From the NCBI GenBank assembly GCA_963807605.1, contig CAWECG010000001.1, forward strand, positions 535,410-599,409: a stretch of 64,000 nt of DNA, written 5' to 3'. Made by a program: the position numbers and the translations under genes. The stretch comes from Candidatus Bathyarchaeota archaeon. GTDB taxonomy: Archaea > Thermoproteota > Bathyarchaeia > 40CM-2-53-6 > RBG-13-38-9. The notes under the pieces were generated by a model that saw nothing but the letters and a program-made list of their open reading frames with translations, did no database searches and was not told where the DNA came from. How positions within the stretch are numbered: the stretch's first letter is position 1; the number at the start of each line of letters is the position of its first letter. Shown here in pieces: positions 40,798 through 52,082 of this stretch.

Positions 40798-41379
40798 ATG
40801 AGTGTAAAAAGTAAAATCACCCCACTTACGATGGCAGTGATCATCATAGTGGTTATAGGCTCAACGCTAGCGATGAGCGTCACATTTACAACGGTAACAA
40901 ATGCAGCGCCAGATAAAACAAGCACATCGGGGAGCAGATACCTTAACACGGCTCACCGCATGCATGGAAACTTCTCCGCATCCAGACACGGAAATCAAAG
41001 CAGGTCTTGGAACGTGACAACTACTTCTGCGCAGGCCCAAGCAGTAGTTACCGCAGCTATCCCCAGTTTCACTATCGGGGGGGCGAAGGACAGTGGCAGC
41101 TTATGGATGGTGAACGTCACATACAATAGTACAGTGGTTATGAACGTGCCCGTAGCAAAGGTCAATACCCCAACGTCTGGAGATTCTGTGAATGCTGTCC
41201 AAGCCTCTCAGGGTAATGGCTGGACCGCTGGGACTCCAAAGCAATTCGCATTCATGTACAACGTGCCCATCGTAGATTCAAACGGCAACACTATCGCGAG
41301 TGTCAGGGTAGACGGTAGGACCGGTCACATCATTACTGGAAAGATGTCTGCCGGATTCCGAATGCCTGCGCATGCGTAA
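40798..41379 (+). CDS. Secreted PepSY-like hypothetical protein
   Basis: Signal/TM helix; VRVDGRTGHII PepSY-like tail. Confidence 0.55.
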   Translation: MSVKSKITPLTMAVIIIVVIGSTLAMSVTFTTVTNAAPDKTSTSGSRYLNTAHRMHGNFSASRHGNQSRSWNVTTTSAQAQAVVTAAIPSFTIGGAKDSGSLWMVNVTYNSTVVMNVPVAKVNTPTSGDSVNAVQASQGNGWTAGTPKQFAFMYNVPIVDSNGNTIASVRVDGRTGHIITGKMSAGFRMPAHA

Positions 41380-41932
41380 GCACCCAGACCAACTAGTTCA
41401 CACTCGGACCGAAACCTCCACGCGCGAAGCCTTCTGATCCATGCTGCCAAATCCTCGTTTTCTTTCTGTTTCAATTGTTTCGGATCCTTTTCATTTGTTT
41501 CCGTTTGTTTCACCCCCGTTTCGACTGTTCGGGAAGGCTATACGCATTTTTTTTCTTTTTATTTTTGCATACAAATTAGTCAGCTCCTGTTAACTTAATC
41601 TGGATATTCTAGTGTGAAACAATGGTAGTGTTTCACGTAACACATTGACAACAAGCATGTGTTTCATTGAACATACCCTTGATAATTACTGTAACTCTCT
41701 TTGGCTTGGGGCGTTTCAGATGTTCTAGCGCGCGATTGTCTGTCAAGAGGTAATCTATCCAAATAGGAGCTTCTGTAGTGTTATCTTACCCGCCGAAGTT
41801 TGACGATTGCGTTTGTGGAGACGGCGACGTGTCGCACAATAACTCGTTACAGAACTGGCACCGTCTTCGTATCAATTATGGAGCGAGCTTAACCTCGATG
41901 AAGAGATCTCACTCTTGGTACTCTAGTGCGCG

Positions 41933-43126
41933 CTAGTTCTTTCTCAGTATTCTGAGACTCATAAGGCCGCCTAGAACTGCCACTGAGGAGGATAGCAGGA
42001 AGGCCGACGTGAAGGTATTAGTTTGATCTGCAATGTAGCCGGCAGCAGAAGGACCAAGAGCCTGTCCAATGCCGAAGAACAAAGTAAGGAACCCTAAGAC
42101 TGAGAAGGCTAGTTTAGGTCCGAAATGATCCCCTGAATAAGCGGCTAATATCGATGGGATACTCCATGCAGTTATACCGAACAGGAGCACCGACGCGTAA
42201 ATGGCTTCAGCTGCCCTACTTTGGGCGAAGAGAAAGAAGGAGACAGATTGAATAAAGTATACAAGAGCAAGGCTATGACCTCTACCAAACGCATCCGAGA
42301 TGTGCCCCCAGAAAGGACCGCTGACCAAACTCAGGCCTCCGACAAGCGCCCATAACATGCCGGCAGACTGGACTGTGAACCCGGCCTCTTTGACCAGGTA
42401 CGCCCCGAAGAAAGTTATGTATATCACGTAAGAGAGGCCGAACAAGGAATAGATCAGACCTATCTTCCAGAGCAATGTGTCTTTGCCCACGCGCTTCCAC
42501 CCCGAGTCCCCGCTATGCTTATTCATCATTGATACTTCCACTGGAGAGTTTCTAATAGTGGCGCCACAAAAGAAAGCGAAAATGAGGGTTATCGCCCCAA
42601 AGATCGCCCAAGAGTACCTCCACCCTTCTACGCCAAACGTTTCGTTGAGCTTAGGCACGAGGAATCCTGTGACTATCAGTCCTACACTGCTTCCGGAAGC
42701 AATAATTCCTGAGGCCAGTCCTCTCCTTCTAGGTGAAAACCACGCAGCCGGCAGCATAATAGCCGACACATTAGCTCCTCCGGACCCGACGCCAGTCAGA
42801 CTTCTCAAGAATAGCGCCTGAGGGAAACTGACGACAAAGCCAGTCAGCAGCATTGACGCTCCCGCTAGGCTGAGTGACAAAGTGATTACGATTCTAGGGC
42901 CATATTTCGACGCCAACATGCCACCTAAAACAGCGAAGACCACATACCCAGTGAAGTTCCCCGATGCCATCAAGCCCATTTGAGTGTAGGTGAGAACAAG
43001 AGCGTCTTTCATCCCGGGTAAGATCATAGAATATCCGAACCGCGCGAATCCGAGACTCCCTAGGACAGCCATAAGCCCCGAGATAACAATGAGATAGGCG
43101 GGTACGGCTCTCTTACTCTTCTCCAC
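41933..43126 (-). CDS. MFS transporter (YbfB/YjiJ-like)
   Basis: GFARFGY, motif A (LASKYGPR; ISDAFGR); about 12 TM helices. Confidence 0.9.
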   Translation of the reverse strand: MEKSKRAVPAYLIVISGLMAVLGSLGFARFGYSMILPGMKDALVLTYTQMGLMASGNFTGYVVFAVLGGMLASKYGPRIVITLSLSLAGASMLLTGFVVSFPQALFLRSLTGVGSGGANVSAIMLPAAWFSPRRRGLASGIIASGSSVGLIVTGFLVPKLNETFGVEGWRYSWAIFGAITLIFAFFCGATIRNSPVEVSMMNKHSGDSGWKRVGKDTLLWKIGLIYSLFGLSYVIYITFFGAYLVKEAGFTVQSAGMLWALVGGLSLVSGPFWGHISDAFGRGHSLALVYFIQSVSFFLFAQSRAAEAIYASVLLFGITAWSIPSILAAYSGDHFGPKLAFSVLGFLTLFFGIGQALGPSAAGYIADQTNTFTSAFLLSSSVAVLGGLMSLRILRKN

Positions 43127-43216
43127 GACTAGTAAGCCCTCTTTGATCTGCGGAGCCTAATTCCTTCAACCGCTCACAAAAGAAGTTATGGGAAACATAA
43201 ATCTGGCACATGTTCA

Positions 43217-44125
43217 ATGGCCAACGAAAAAACTATAATACGCGTCAAGGGCGAATCACAGCCACAAGGAAGTAAAAGCAATATGAACTGGAAAATCCAT
43301 GTCTTGTACCTAGGAGAGATAACTACTCCTAAAGGTGTTTCCACACCAGGCCTCGACGCGAACCTGCTTCTTACAGTGCCATACCTTGGATATCTACTGG
43401 TTTCCGGGTCGAGGAAGATCCTTGTGGACACCGGCATCAACTCGCGTTTCATCATCGATGGAAAAGCATGGGCTGGAGCTCCTGCAAAAGGAGGAGAGAA
43501 ATATCTCCTCGACGCATTGGAGAAAAATGTTGCCCGCCCTGAAGAGATCGAGGCAGTGATCTACACTCATCTACATAACGATCATGCAGGGAACTGCCAT
43601 CTCTTCCCCACGGCCCGACACGTTTTTCATTACGATGAATGGGATGAATTAGTAAACCCGCTTCCCTCGATGCGGATCCGAAAGGACTTCGACCCCGACG
43701 TCATTCCTGTTCTTCAAAAATCTCGCTACTTCAAAATAACTGATGACGGCGAGTTTACAGAAGGTATTCGACTTTATCATACCCCTGGTCACACCATCGG
43801 GGGACTGACGGTAGCCGTGGATACCTCCAACGGAACATACATCATCCCCGGAGACATCGTGAATATCTATCAGAATCTCTTCCCCAAAATGTCGTGGATG
43901 TTAGATCTGCAAGCAAAGCGCATCAAGATAACGCCCGCTCCAGAACCTTACGGCCCATTAGGCGTCCCCTCGGGGATTCTGTACGATCACTATGCCTGGT
44001 ATCGGAGCATCTGGAAAATCCGCGGTATGCTCAAAAGCCCAAAGCACCTGTTGCCCTGCCACGAACCCGCAATATCAGGCAAAACCTTCCCAGGCGATTC
44101 AATAGACCTCGAGATTCCTGAATGA
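43217..44125 (+). CDS. Metallo-beta-lactamase fold hydrolase (AHL-lactonase-like)
   Basis: LVDTG, THLHNDH, TPGH, GD, PCHE. Confidence 0.88.
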   Translation: MANEKTIIRVKGESQPQGSKSNMNWKIHVLYLGEITTPKGVSTPGLDANLLLTVPYLGYLLVSGSRKILVDTGINSRFIIDGKAWAGAPAKGGEKYLLDALEKNVARPEEIEAVIYTHLHNDHAGNCHLFPTARHVFHYDEWDELVNPLPSMRIRKDFDPDVIPVLQKSRYFKITDDGEFTEGIRLYHTPGHTIGGLTVAVDTSNGTYIIPGDIVNIYQNLFPKMSWMLDLQAKRIKITPAPEPYGPLGVPSGILYDHYAWYRSIWKIRGMLKSPKHLLPCHEPAISGKTFPGDSIDLEIPE

Positions 44126-44353
44126 GAGAAAACATAGGGAGCGCTGAATTAACCATCAACAGGATCAGTTTCAAGATTCCATAGCGTTTGAAGCCTGAAG
44201 ACTTACTAGTGAGTTTGAATTAGGTCCTGAGTGAAAGGTGCAACTTCCAGCTCGCTGATAATCAGGGCAAACATCCGTAAATGTAGCTGGTGGGTTAGCA
44301 CGCAATAGTTAATGTTATATTTTCAGATGTAACGTATAACGTGTGGAACGACC

Positions 44354-44716
44354 ATGGCTTTTGATGCTGGTTCAGTAATAGAACTGATCGTCAGCATAAT
44401 CATCGTAGCTCTGGTCTTCTGGATCGTCGGTCGCATACTGGTTGGAAAACAGAAAGCAAACATCGGACATGCCTTTTGGATAGCGATCCTGGGAATAATC
44501 ATCAATTATATCTTACAGATGTTTATTCCTGGCATCATCGGCTTCATAGTAACGTGCATAGTCTGGCTGTGGCTGATAAAGCACTTCTTCGAGACAGGCT
44601 GGCTCCATGCAATAATCATAGCTGTTGCAGCGATAATTGTCCTAGTAATCGTAGAGGCGATCCTTGGGGCTCTAGGCTTCGGAATGCTGGCAGGATATCT
44701 CCACGCGCGCGTGTAA
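44354..44716 (+). CDS. Four-TM hypothetical membrane protein
   Basis: Hydrophobic helices; IKHFFETGW. Confidence 0.7.
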   Translation: MAFDAGSVIELIVSIIIVALVFWIVGRILVGKQKANIGHAFWIAILGIIINYILQMFIPGIIGFIVTCIVWLWLIKHFFETGWLHAIIIAVAAIIVLVIVEAILGALGFGMLAGYLHARV

Positions 44717-44966
44717 GAGCGCGCTTTTTTTGTCAACTCGCTAGCGGAGCTTAAATCGCGTCTGGGAATACCCTATTACCCACAAAATAACATGGTCCCG
44801 ATACACGCAAACAATATGTTGACAGAGCTTCGGTTCGAGATCTCGCTACGTCTTACACAGTTCAGACTTCCTTTGGCGTTGCTCAGCACGCACTTGACAA
44901 CTTCTTAACGCATGAAATAAAAGAAGGCTATGAAAAAAAGGAATGAACTTCTGGCTGGCAGAAGTT

Positions 44967-45155
44967 CTATTTGGTCATATCAACAATTTTGGCTTTCGAA
45001 GCGTTGGTCTTGACTGATTCGACTCCCTTCGTGCATTCTTCCTTCGATTCGTAGCCTTGACCAGACGCTATCTCTTCACCATTTGAAGCTATCAGTTTCC
45101 ATCTGAACTTGCCGACATGGTCTTTGTATATCTCAACTTTTGGTTCCGCTGGCAT
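44967..45155 (-). CDS. YegP/DUF1508 family protein
   Basis: FRWKLIASNGEEIASGQGY..GVESVK. Confidence 0.9.
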   Translation of the reverse strand: MPAEPKVEIYKDHVGKFRWKLIASNGEEIASGQGYESKEECTKGVESVKTNASKAKIVDMTK

Positions 45156-45367
45156 GAATTATTCACCTCACTAATCATTCTGTACTAAATAGTTAGCCGA
45201 CGATTTCCGATATTTCTTTTTCAATCTCGCCTTCAACACGCACGTTGGCAAGAAAACCAAGGCGAGATGGGTTGTCTCTCTGGGTGGAGAATCTGCTGCG
45301 GACGTTGACACCTATTAACTGCAGATGCATAACCTTTTCTAATTGTCCGGCTCCTGAAAGGCGCGCG

Positions 45368-47967
45368 CTAGGTTATCATGCTTTCAGGTATAGTAAAGGT
45401 GAAAGTTGCGCCTTTCCCTTCGCCTTCTGTTTCCGCCCATATTTTGCCTCCGTGAGCTTCAATCAATGCTTTTGAAACGCTCAGACCCAGGCCTGTACCC
45501 TTTATGTACGAGGGCTTTTGGATGGCAGCGAAGGGCTCGAAGACTTCTAGCTGAGATCCTCTTTCTTCATCCCAATGCCTTTGTCTTGGATTGAAAGCTC
45601 TATAACGTTGTCTCTCTTCTCCGCTCTGAGGGTGATCTGCCCGTTCTCACCGGCAAACTTCGAGGCGTTGCTGAGGAGATTCATAAATACTTGAACGAGC
45701 CTTGTGCGATCTCCACGGACAGGTAACGGGCTCTCCGTGACATCAAGAAAAAGTGTCTGCTTCTTCTTTTCGATAAAGGGATCTATCTCCTTGGCGCATG
45801 TATTGATGATGTCTTTCAAGTCGAGAGCGGTCAAGGTCAACTGGAACTTTCCTGAGGTGAGGCGTCGATAATCAAGCAGTTCATCGGTCAAGTCTAGAAG
45901 CCTGTCACTCTGGTCCTTCACTACTATCATCCCATGTTCAACTTTCTCAGGTAAAGTTCCCAGGTTTCCTGAGAGGATGTAGTCCACGTACCCTTTGATC
46001 GAGACCAGAGGCGTTCGAAGCTCATGAGTGACGGCGGCGATGAATTGGTCCTTCAGCGTTTCCATTCTCTTGCGTTCTGTGATATCTGTTGCATAGAGAT
46101 TGACATATCCAGCATCCATTGTTGGTGAGACGATGAATGAGTAGACTTGTTCACCGACCCCAAGTTCCAGGTTTTTGGTTATCCGGTTTGTGAGAGCTTC
46201 AGTGGCCAAGTCTTGCCAAAACTTTGGAGCCTTGCTGCCGACGGCACATCTCCAATGTCGGAGTATTGCCGAACCCGCGTCGTTTGAGTAGAGAATCGCC
46301 CCTTCAGAACTCAGGCGTAACACGGGGTTTGGATTCTCAGCAGGAAATCGAGCAAGACTCCTAATCTCTTCCTCCATCCTTCTCCGTTCAGTTATGTCAC
46401 GGGCTATGCCTTGAACGGCTTGTTGACCTTTGTAGGTGAAGGGGGTTGCTTCAGTCTCCACATCGACGTATGACCCGTCTAGGCGTCTGTACTTCACTTC
46501 CAGAGGCGGCGCTGGAACTCCTTCACGTGCCCTTTTGATGTGTTCTCTGACAGTTTCACGATAATGAGGGTGAACTATATCCAATATCTGTTTTCCAATG
46601 AGCTGATCAGTGTTTTTCGCTCCTAGAAGTCTTGCCCCCGAATTATTCACGAAGACAAGTTTGCCCCCTCTATGAGCAAAGATCATATCGGGAGCGGACT
46701 CCACAAGCTGACGGTAACGTTCCTCGCTCTCACTTAGTTCTCTGGTTTTCGCCTCAACCAGCTCTCTCAAATGTCTGCTGTAACGCCTAAGCTCCTCTTC
46801 CATCCGCTTACGCTCTGTGATGTCTCTTGCGGCGGCAAATAGGCCCTGAATCTTTCCAGACCCGTCTTTGTATACAGTTGCATGGTAGAGTACGTCAGTG
46901 ACTTTGCCTGATTGGTGACGTATCGTCAGAGGATAGTCCCTTACGTGCCTTTCAGAGAATGCCTTCTGATAGCCTGCCCTTGCTTTCTCAGGCTCTGTAA
47001 AGTACTCGGAGAAGTCACTGCCTATCAACTGGTCACGAGGAACACCTGTCACCAGCTCGGTAGCCTCATTAACGTCGGTTATCTTACCCTCAGGGCTTAT
47101 CGTCACTAAGGGGTCAAGGCTGGCTTCGATCAGCCTTCGAGTGTACAGTGAAGTTGCACGCAGTTTCTCCTCTATTTTTTTACGCTCAGTGATGTCTGTG
47201 GAAATGATTCCGAGTCCATCTCCGGCCTTGAAAGCCTTCAGACTGAAATACCTATTTCCGAATTTCGGATGGGAGTGCAGCTCGTCAATGGAGAAGGGTT
47301 TTCCTGTCCTGATGACTTCCAGATACTTAGCATACCGGCCCGTCTTCATCGCGTCGGGGGATATTTCCGACAGATTTCTCCCCAACAATTCTCGTCGACT
47401 TAGACCTGTAAACTTCAGTAAAGCGTTATTTGCTTCAATATAATTCAGTCTCGAATCATAAAGGGCATATAGTTCTGGCGCAGAGGCGGTAAAACTTCGG
47501 AGCCTATCAACGTACTCTGTCAGATTTCTCTCTGCCTGTGTCCTCTCAGCAACTCTGGCAAGCCTCTTGGCAATAGTATTGATTAGGTTTCCTTCTTCTT
47601 TTAGGAAAGGCCCTTCGTCACTGGCGGGTTTCTTTTCCAGATAGTAGACTTCAATGATGCCTACTTTTCTTCCATCCGACTTTATCTCGGCTGATTGCCT
47701 CCATCTAGTCTTCTTGAAGTTGGCTGTTTGAAACGTTTGACTCTTGTAGATTATTCTGGTACATGTAGCATCTGGGTATTGCCAAGCACGTGGAATAACA
47801 GAGGTAGCAGATTTTAGAATGCCATTAAGATCTCCACAGTGTCGTTCTATCAGTCTCTCAATATCGTACACGCATCTAAGTTCTTTGACTCGCTCTCGTA
47901 GTCTCTGCTGAGCCCGTGCGGACGAACTAGATGATCCGCTAGAAACTGAGCGACTCCTCTGTCTCAT
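45368..47967 (-). pseudogene. Multi-PAS sensor histidine kinase, frameshifted in the HATPase domain near 45545
   Basis: PAS/PAC repeats (DITERK), THELRTP, NLLSNA, DKGIG; G2 box GTGLGL and GKGATF continue after two extra A bases to TAG at 45368. Confidence 0.9.
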
Positions 47968-48195
47968 TTCGTCACTTCCGTCGTATCCATAACATTCGCA
48001 ATTCTTTCGAGCATTTGACTATAAATGAGTGGTTGGGCTTTCTGTAAATATTTATGTTCAGTCGGTCGTTGTTGACCATAGTGTACTCTTGACTAACAGT
48101 ATTTGCAGTTAGCCGACATAGTTGTGGCAAGGACATTTAGGATCAATAAGGGCTCCAAGTAGCGTGCTATTGAAAGATTCTGCAATTTGTGTTTT

Positions 48196-48669
48196 TCAAC
48201 GTTCTTTCATATATTCAATAGTTCTTTCGTAGAGTTTTTGGAAATGTTCTCCAAAAGTCTTGTCCGTTTTTTCTTTTCTTAAGGCCATTATCCAAGGCTC
48301 TAATTTCTTCCAGTTTGAGATTATGTACGAGCCTAGGCGGTCGTCTATCACATCAAGGTCGACAAACTTCTTTTGAACTAAGAAGCCTACTTGCTCAAAA
48401 AAGGCAGCAACCTCGTAGGGATAATCGCTTGCTTCGAAACTGGTTTCTTTATGAGTTTGGTACTTTTCATAATCTCCAAATTGGGATTCTTCTTCAATCC
48501 ATCTCAAGGCCTTGCGAAGTCTATCGCTTTCCGCCCATTCGAAGAGCTTCATCGAAACCTCGACGTTTCTATGTTTCTCCATATGCCTAAGTTCTAGCAA
48601 GACAAATACCGTTAGAAAGATGCCGGTCACGGCTGAAAATACTGCTGCATAATCGGTTACAGATAACAA
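48196..48669 (-). CDS. DUF4760-like protein with N-terminal TM helix
   Basis: TM helix then FFEQVGFLV..D..WKKLEPWI..R..FQKL. Confidence 0.65.
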   Translation of the reverse strand: MLSVTDYAAVFSAVTGIFLTVFVLLELRHMEKHRNVEVSMKLFEWAESDRLRKALRWIEEESQFGDYEKYQTHKETSFEASDYPYEVAAFFEQVGFLVQKKFVDLDVIDDRLGSYIISNWKKLEPWIMALRKEKTDKTFGEHFQKLYERTIEYMKER

Positions 48670-48971
48670 TCCTGTGCCTCCGCACGCATGTTGAAAATAG
48701 ATTGCTATATTAAGACTAGCGCTGAATTTCGGAAGCTGACTCCCAAGAGCTCCGTCTAATCTGTCTTGAAAAGTGCGCGCTGATTCGTAAAATATCGTAT
48801 TGATATCAATATACAATTTGAAGAAAATGTATATAGTGCCACTTGTCGTGTTTGTTCTGACACTTGAGTCAAATATTTGAGGTGTCGAAAGAATAGTCAG
48901 ATGACTTTAATGTTTTGAAAATGGATTCTGGGACAAGATTTGAGAACGAATTGGTTCGCTGGTATTTGAGG

Positions 48972-49859
48972 ATGGTAGCAGATAGTGTCTTGGATCTGAT
49001 AGGGAACACGCCCTTGGTAAGAATAAGAAGATTGACTGAAGAAAATCATGCAACCATCTTAGCCAAACTTGAAATGTTCAACCCATCCGGTTCGGTAAAA
49101 GACAGGTTGGTTAAGTACATAGTCGAAGATGCAGAGAGAGCTGGAATCCTGAAAAGAGGCAGTGTCATAGTTGAAGCTACCTCCGGCAATACTGGAATCG
49201 CACTATCTATGATTGGTTGCATCAAAGGCTACAAAGTCAAGGTTATTTTGCCAAGATCTGCGAGCGAGGAAAGAAAGAGGATGATTCAGTCTTTTGGTGC
49301 TGAACTGATACTTACAGGCGATGAGTATGAAGCTATAAGATTGGCTGAAAAGTTGTCCCGGGAAAATGACTAGTACTTATTGAATCAGTTCGGAAACAAC
49401 CTCAATGTGGAGGCCCACTACCAGACCACAGGAAGAGAGCTCCTAGAGCAGAGTGGTGGGAACCTAGATGCTCTTGTCGCCGGCATAGGAACAGGAGGCA
49501 CAATTATGGGAGTTGGCAGGAGATTGAAAGAGCATAGCCCCGAAATAAAGATCATAGGTTGTGAACCAGACCTATATAGCAAGATTGAAGGCATGCTGAA
49601 TTTCACGGATTCCAACTACAAGCCACCAATACTAGACCTTGAATTAGTTGATGAACTAGTTAGGGTGAAAGATGAAGATGCGTTACGGACGACCAGAGAG
49701 ATCGCAAGAAAAGAAGGCCTATTTGTAGGAATCAGTTCAGGAGCTGCCTTGCATGTTGCATTGCAAAAAGCGAAGGATCTCGGTAGGGGAAAGACTATCG
49801 CACTTATTTTTGCTGATGGAGGAGGACGATACTTGAGTACGCAGGCATTCGCAAAATGA
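48972..49859 (+). pseudogene. cysK: Cysteine synthase family PLP enzyme with in-frame TAG at 49371-49373
   Basis: IGNTPLV, SGSVKDR, ATSGNTG, then in the same frame NQFGN, GIGTGGT, GISSGA, RYLST. Confidence 0.88.
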
Positions 49860-49906
49860 AATTAAACACATGCTACTGGTGAGCGTTAACCCGTCTTTCT
49901 CCTTCG

Positions 49907-50056
49907 TCAGAAACGCGCGCGCGTGATCGCAAAAACCATTACGGGAACAACATTCCACGTCGCTCCGAACTTCTGTATCAGCAGAATCGCCGTCACCACT
50001 GAAATAGATACGGTAACGGCGGCCACGATAAGCAATCTAGTAACGGGACTTATCAT
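49907..50056 (-). pseudogene. Short membrane ORF/fragment ending at a (GC)n run
   Basis: MISPVTRLLIVAAVTVSISVVTAILLIQKFGATWNVVPVMVFAITRARF*. Confidence 0.4.
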
Positions 50057-50099
50057 TCAAATCATTTCTCTCTTTGATAGCGCCCTGTCTTCTTCCATT

Positions 50100-50819
50100 T
50101 CACATCGGGTTTTGTTGAGTTCGTGGGGGTTGCTTTCGCTGTTGTGTCGGGGGTTCATGTCTGAACTTTGGGATGAATCGTGGGGTTCGTTTCATGTATT
50201 CACAATATTCGTCGCCGAATCTATCAATTAACATGGCCTCCTCCTCATCTATTGAGGTGTATAACATGGCGAGTAGGGCAAGTGTGGGCAAAAGAATGAG
50301 CAAATTAGCGGCCACAAGGGTCAGAGCGGCCAGGAAGATGAAAGCTCCCAAGTAAATCGGATGCCTGACAAAACCATAGAGTCCAGTCGTTACGAGGACT
50401 GTATCTTTCTTTACTCCACTTACGGAAGGAGCCCAATTCTTACCAAGCGCCCAATACCCACATGATACGAATGAAATGCCTAGAGCAGCTAGGCCGACCA
50501 TAACTACTCGGAACCAATCTGGCAACAGAATCGAGAGAAACATTACCAAACTAGGAAGTAGTGCGTAGAGTAATGCTCCCCCAAAATAGAGGCCAGCCAA
50601 AGCAAGAGCTGCGATACGCAACCGTCTTGCACGTCGAGTCGTCTGTTTGCCCGCAGACCCCTTTGTCGAGTAGCTTACCCATATCACATTAGCGAAGAAG
50701 ATAACCCAGAAAGCAGAGAAGATAACTCTGAAAAGCAGTTCATTCGTCACATTCACGACCCCCATTAGTGACGAGACATCATATGCCCCTTCGTGTTTGC
50801 CATTCAACTCACCTCTCAT
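50100..50819 (-). CDS. Isoprenylcysteine carboxylmethyltransferase (ICMT/PEMT) family
   Basis: LVTTGLYGFVRHPIY, EEAML..FG.EY..Y..RTPRFIP. Confidence 0.9.
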   Translation of the reverse strand: MRGELNGKHEGAYDVSSLMGVVNVTNELLFRVIFSAFWVIFFANVIWVSYSTKGSAGKQTTRRARRLRIAALALAGLYFGGALLYALLPSLVMFLSILLPDWFRVVMVGLAALGISFVSCGYWALGKNWAPSVSGVKKDTVLVTTGLYGFVRHPIYLGAFIFLAALTLVAANLLILLPTLALLAMLYTSIDEEEAMLIDRFGDEYCEYMKRTPRFIPKFRHEPPTQQRKQPPRTQQNPM

Positions 50820-50969
50820 TTCGGCTTTGACTATGTTAAGATCATGGGCGATCAGGTTTGAAGATGACTACTGATGTATCAGAGCTACTTAGCCATATCT
50901 CGACGATCTAATGTAACTTAGCGATGCCGGAAGGAAGTTAGAACTCTGATGCCCTTCCTTTAGCGCGCG

Positions 50970-51476
50970 CTAATAGTCTCCAGTAGTGACGGGATAAACA
51001 AACGCAGATGTGGAATAATTTTGTTTTCTTGATGGGTCTCTGCAGAGATCTATGGCTTCCGAGATAATGTTAGGTAGGCTCTCTGGATTTCCTCTACCTA
51101 TTCCGGGACACACAGAGTTCGCATACGGATTCAAGTAGACGTAGTACTCCTCGCTTCCATAACAGAATCGCGCTTCCCTTGGGCTGAACGATTTTGGTTC
51201 TCTTGAAATTACGAGAGGCCACACTTTGCATGGAAGTGGTTTGAGGTTGAGCTGTTGCAGACCACATAATCCATACTCATTAAGGAAGATGCACCTTGAG
51301 CCATTCTTTCTTAGGTATATTCTGCCATAACTGTCTGATTCTACGGCCTCTGGCGCGAACTCAAGGATTCTCACATACTCGTATGTCCTGAGATACACTG
51401 TAAAGCCACGTTTGCAGCAGTTGCCACAACCCAGGCAACTCCAAGACTTCACCTTGCTCCAAGGCTTGAAGCCCAT
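50970..51476 (-). CDS. YkgJ/CxxCxxCC cysteine-cluster protein
   Basis: CLGCGNCC, CIFL, C..KPLPCKVWP. Confidence 0.85.
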   Translation of the reverse strand: MGFKPWSKVKSWSCLGCGNCCKRGFTVYLRTYEYVRILEFAPEAVESDSYGRIYLRKNGSRCIFLNEYGLCGLQQLNLKPLPCKVWPLVISREPKSFSPREARFCYGSEEYYVYLNPYANSVCPGIGRGNPESLPNIISEAIDLCRDPSRKQNYSTSAFVYPVTTGDY

Positions 51477-51625
51477 GCTCTCATCCTAGAATTCAATGAA
51501 TTTGAGCTCTTACTCCTTCTTAGAGCCCTCTTACTGTGATCTTGTTGTCGGTCTTATAGACCTGGCCAGAAGAGGGGGGTCTAGCGTCTGAGACACAAAG
51601 ACACGTTTTGCGTACTAAGGTGGAA

Positions 51626-52036
51626 TTATTGCTTCTTGAAATATTCTTTCAGCGGCTTCCAGTAGAAATCCATCCAACCCTTTCCAACATCATCGGCCTG
51701 CTCTGCAGGAACGTTCGAATGCAGCATTGTTATTTCAGTACCGTCTTCGACCTTCTTGAAGGTCAACTCTAGCCTGGAGGCTGAATAATCATTCGGCCAT
51801 TCCGTCGTCATCCATTCCTGAACAATCTTCTTCCCCTTATCCAACTCAAGGATCTTGCCAAAAATATATCCATCCCAAGCCGTAAACTTGCCCCCGATCT
51901 CAGGATCACAGGTTGCTTTGCTGCCAGTAAATGCGGAATGTTTGTGCGCATCTATTAGGGCATCATATACTTCGTTAGGTGTGGCCGAAACAACTACGGT
52001 CTGTCTTATAGTTGTCACATTCAATTCAGAAGGCAT
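51626..52036 (-). CDS. SRPBCC/AHSA1 domain protein
   Basis: VYDAL, GGKF, KIVQEW, GW..FYW..LK. Confidence 0.88.
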   Translation of the reverse strand: MPSELNVTTIRQTVVVSATPNEVYDALIDAHKHSAFTGSKATCDPEIGGKFTAWDGYIFGKILELDKGKKIVQEWMTTEWPNDYSASRLELTFKKVEDGTEITMLHSNVPAEQADDVGKGWMDFYWKPLKEYFKKQ

Positions 52037-52082
52037 ACTCTAATCGTCTAGACTTTGCCTAATAATGCTTCGGATAGCGCGC

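Noticed and set aside
48670-48816. N-terminal extension of the DUF4760-like ORF
   Set aside because: Crosses a decayed (GC)n junction and looks like an ORF-caller overextension
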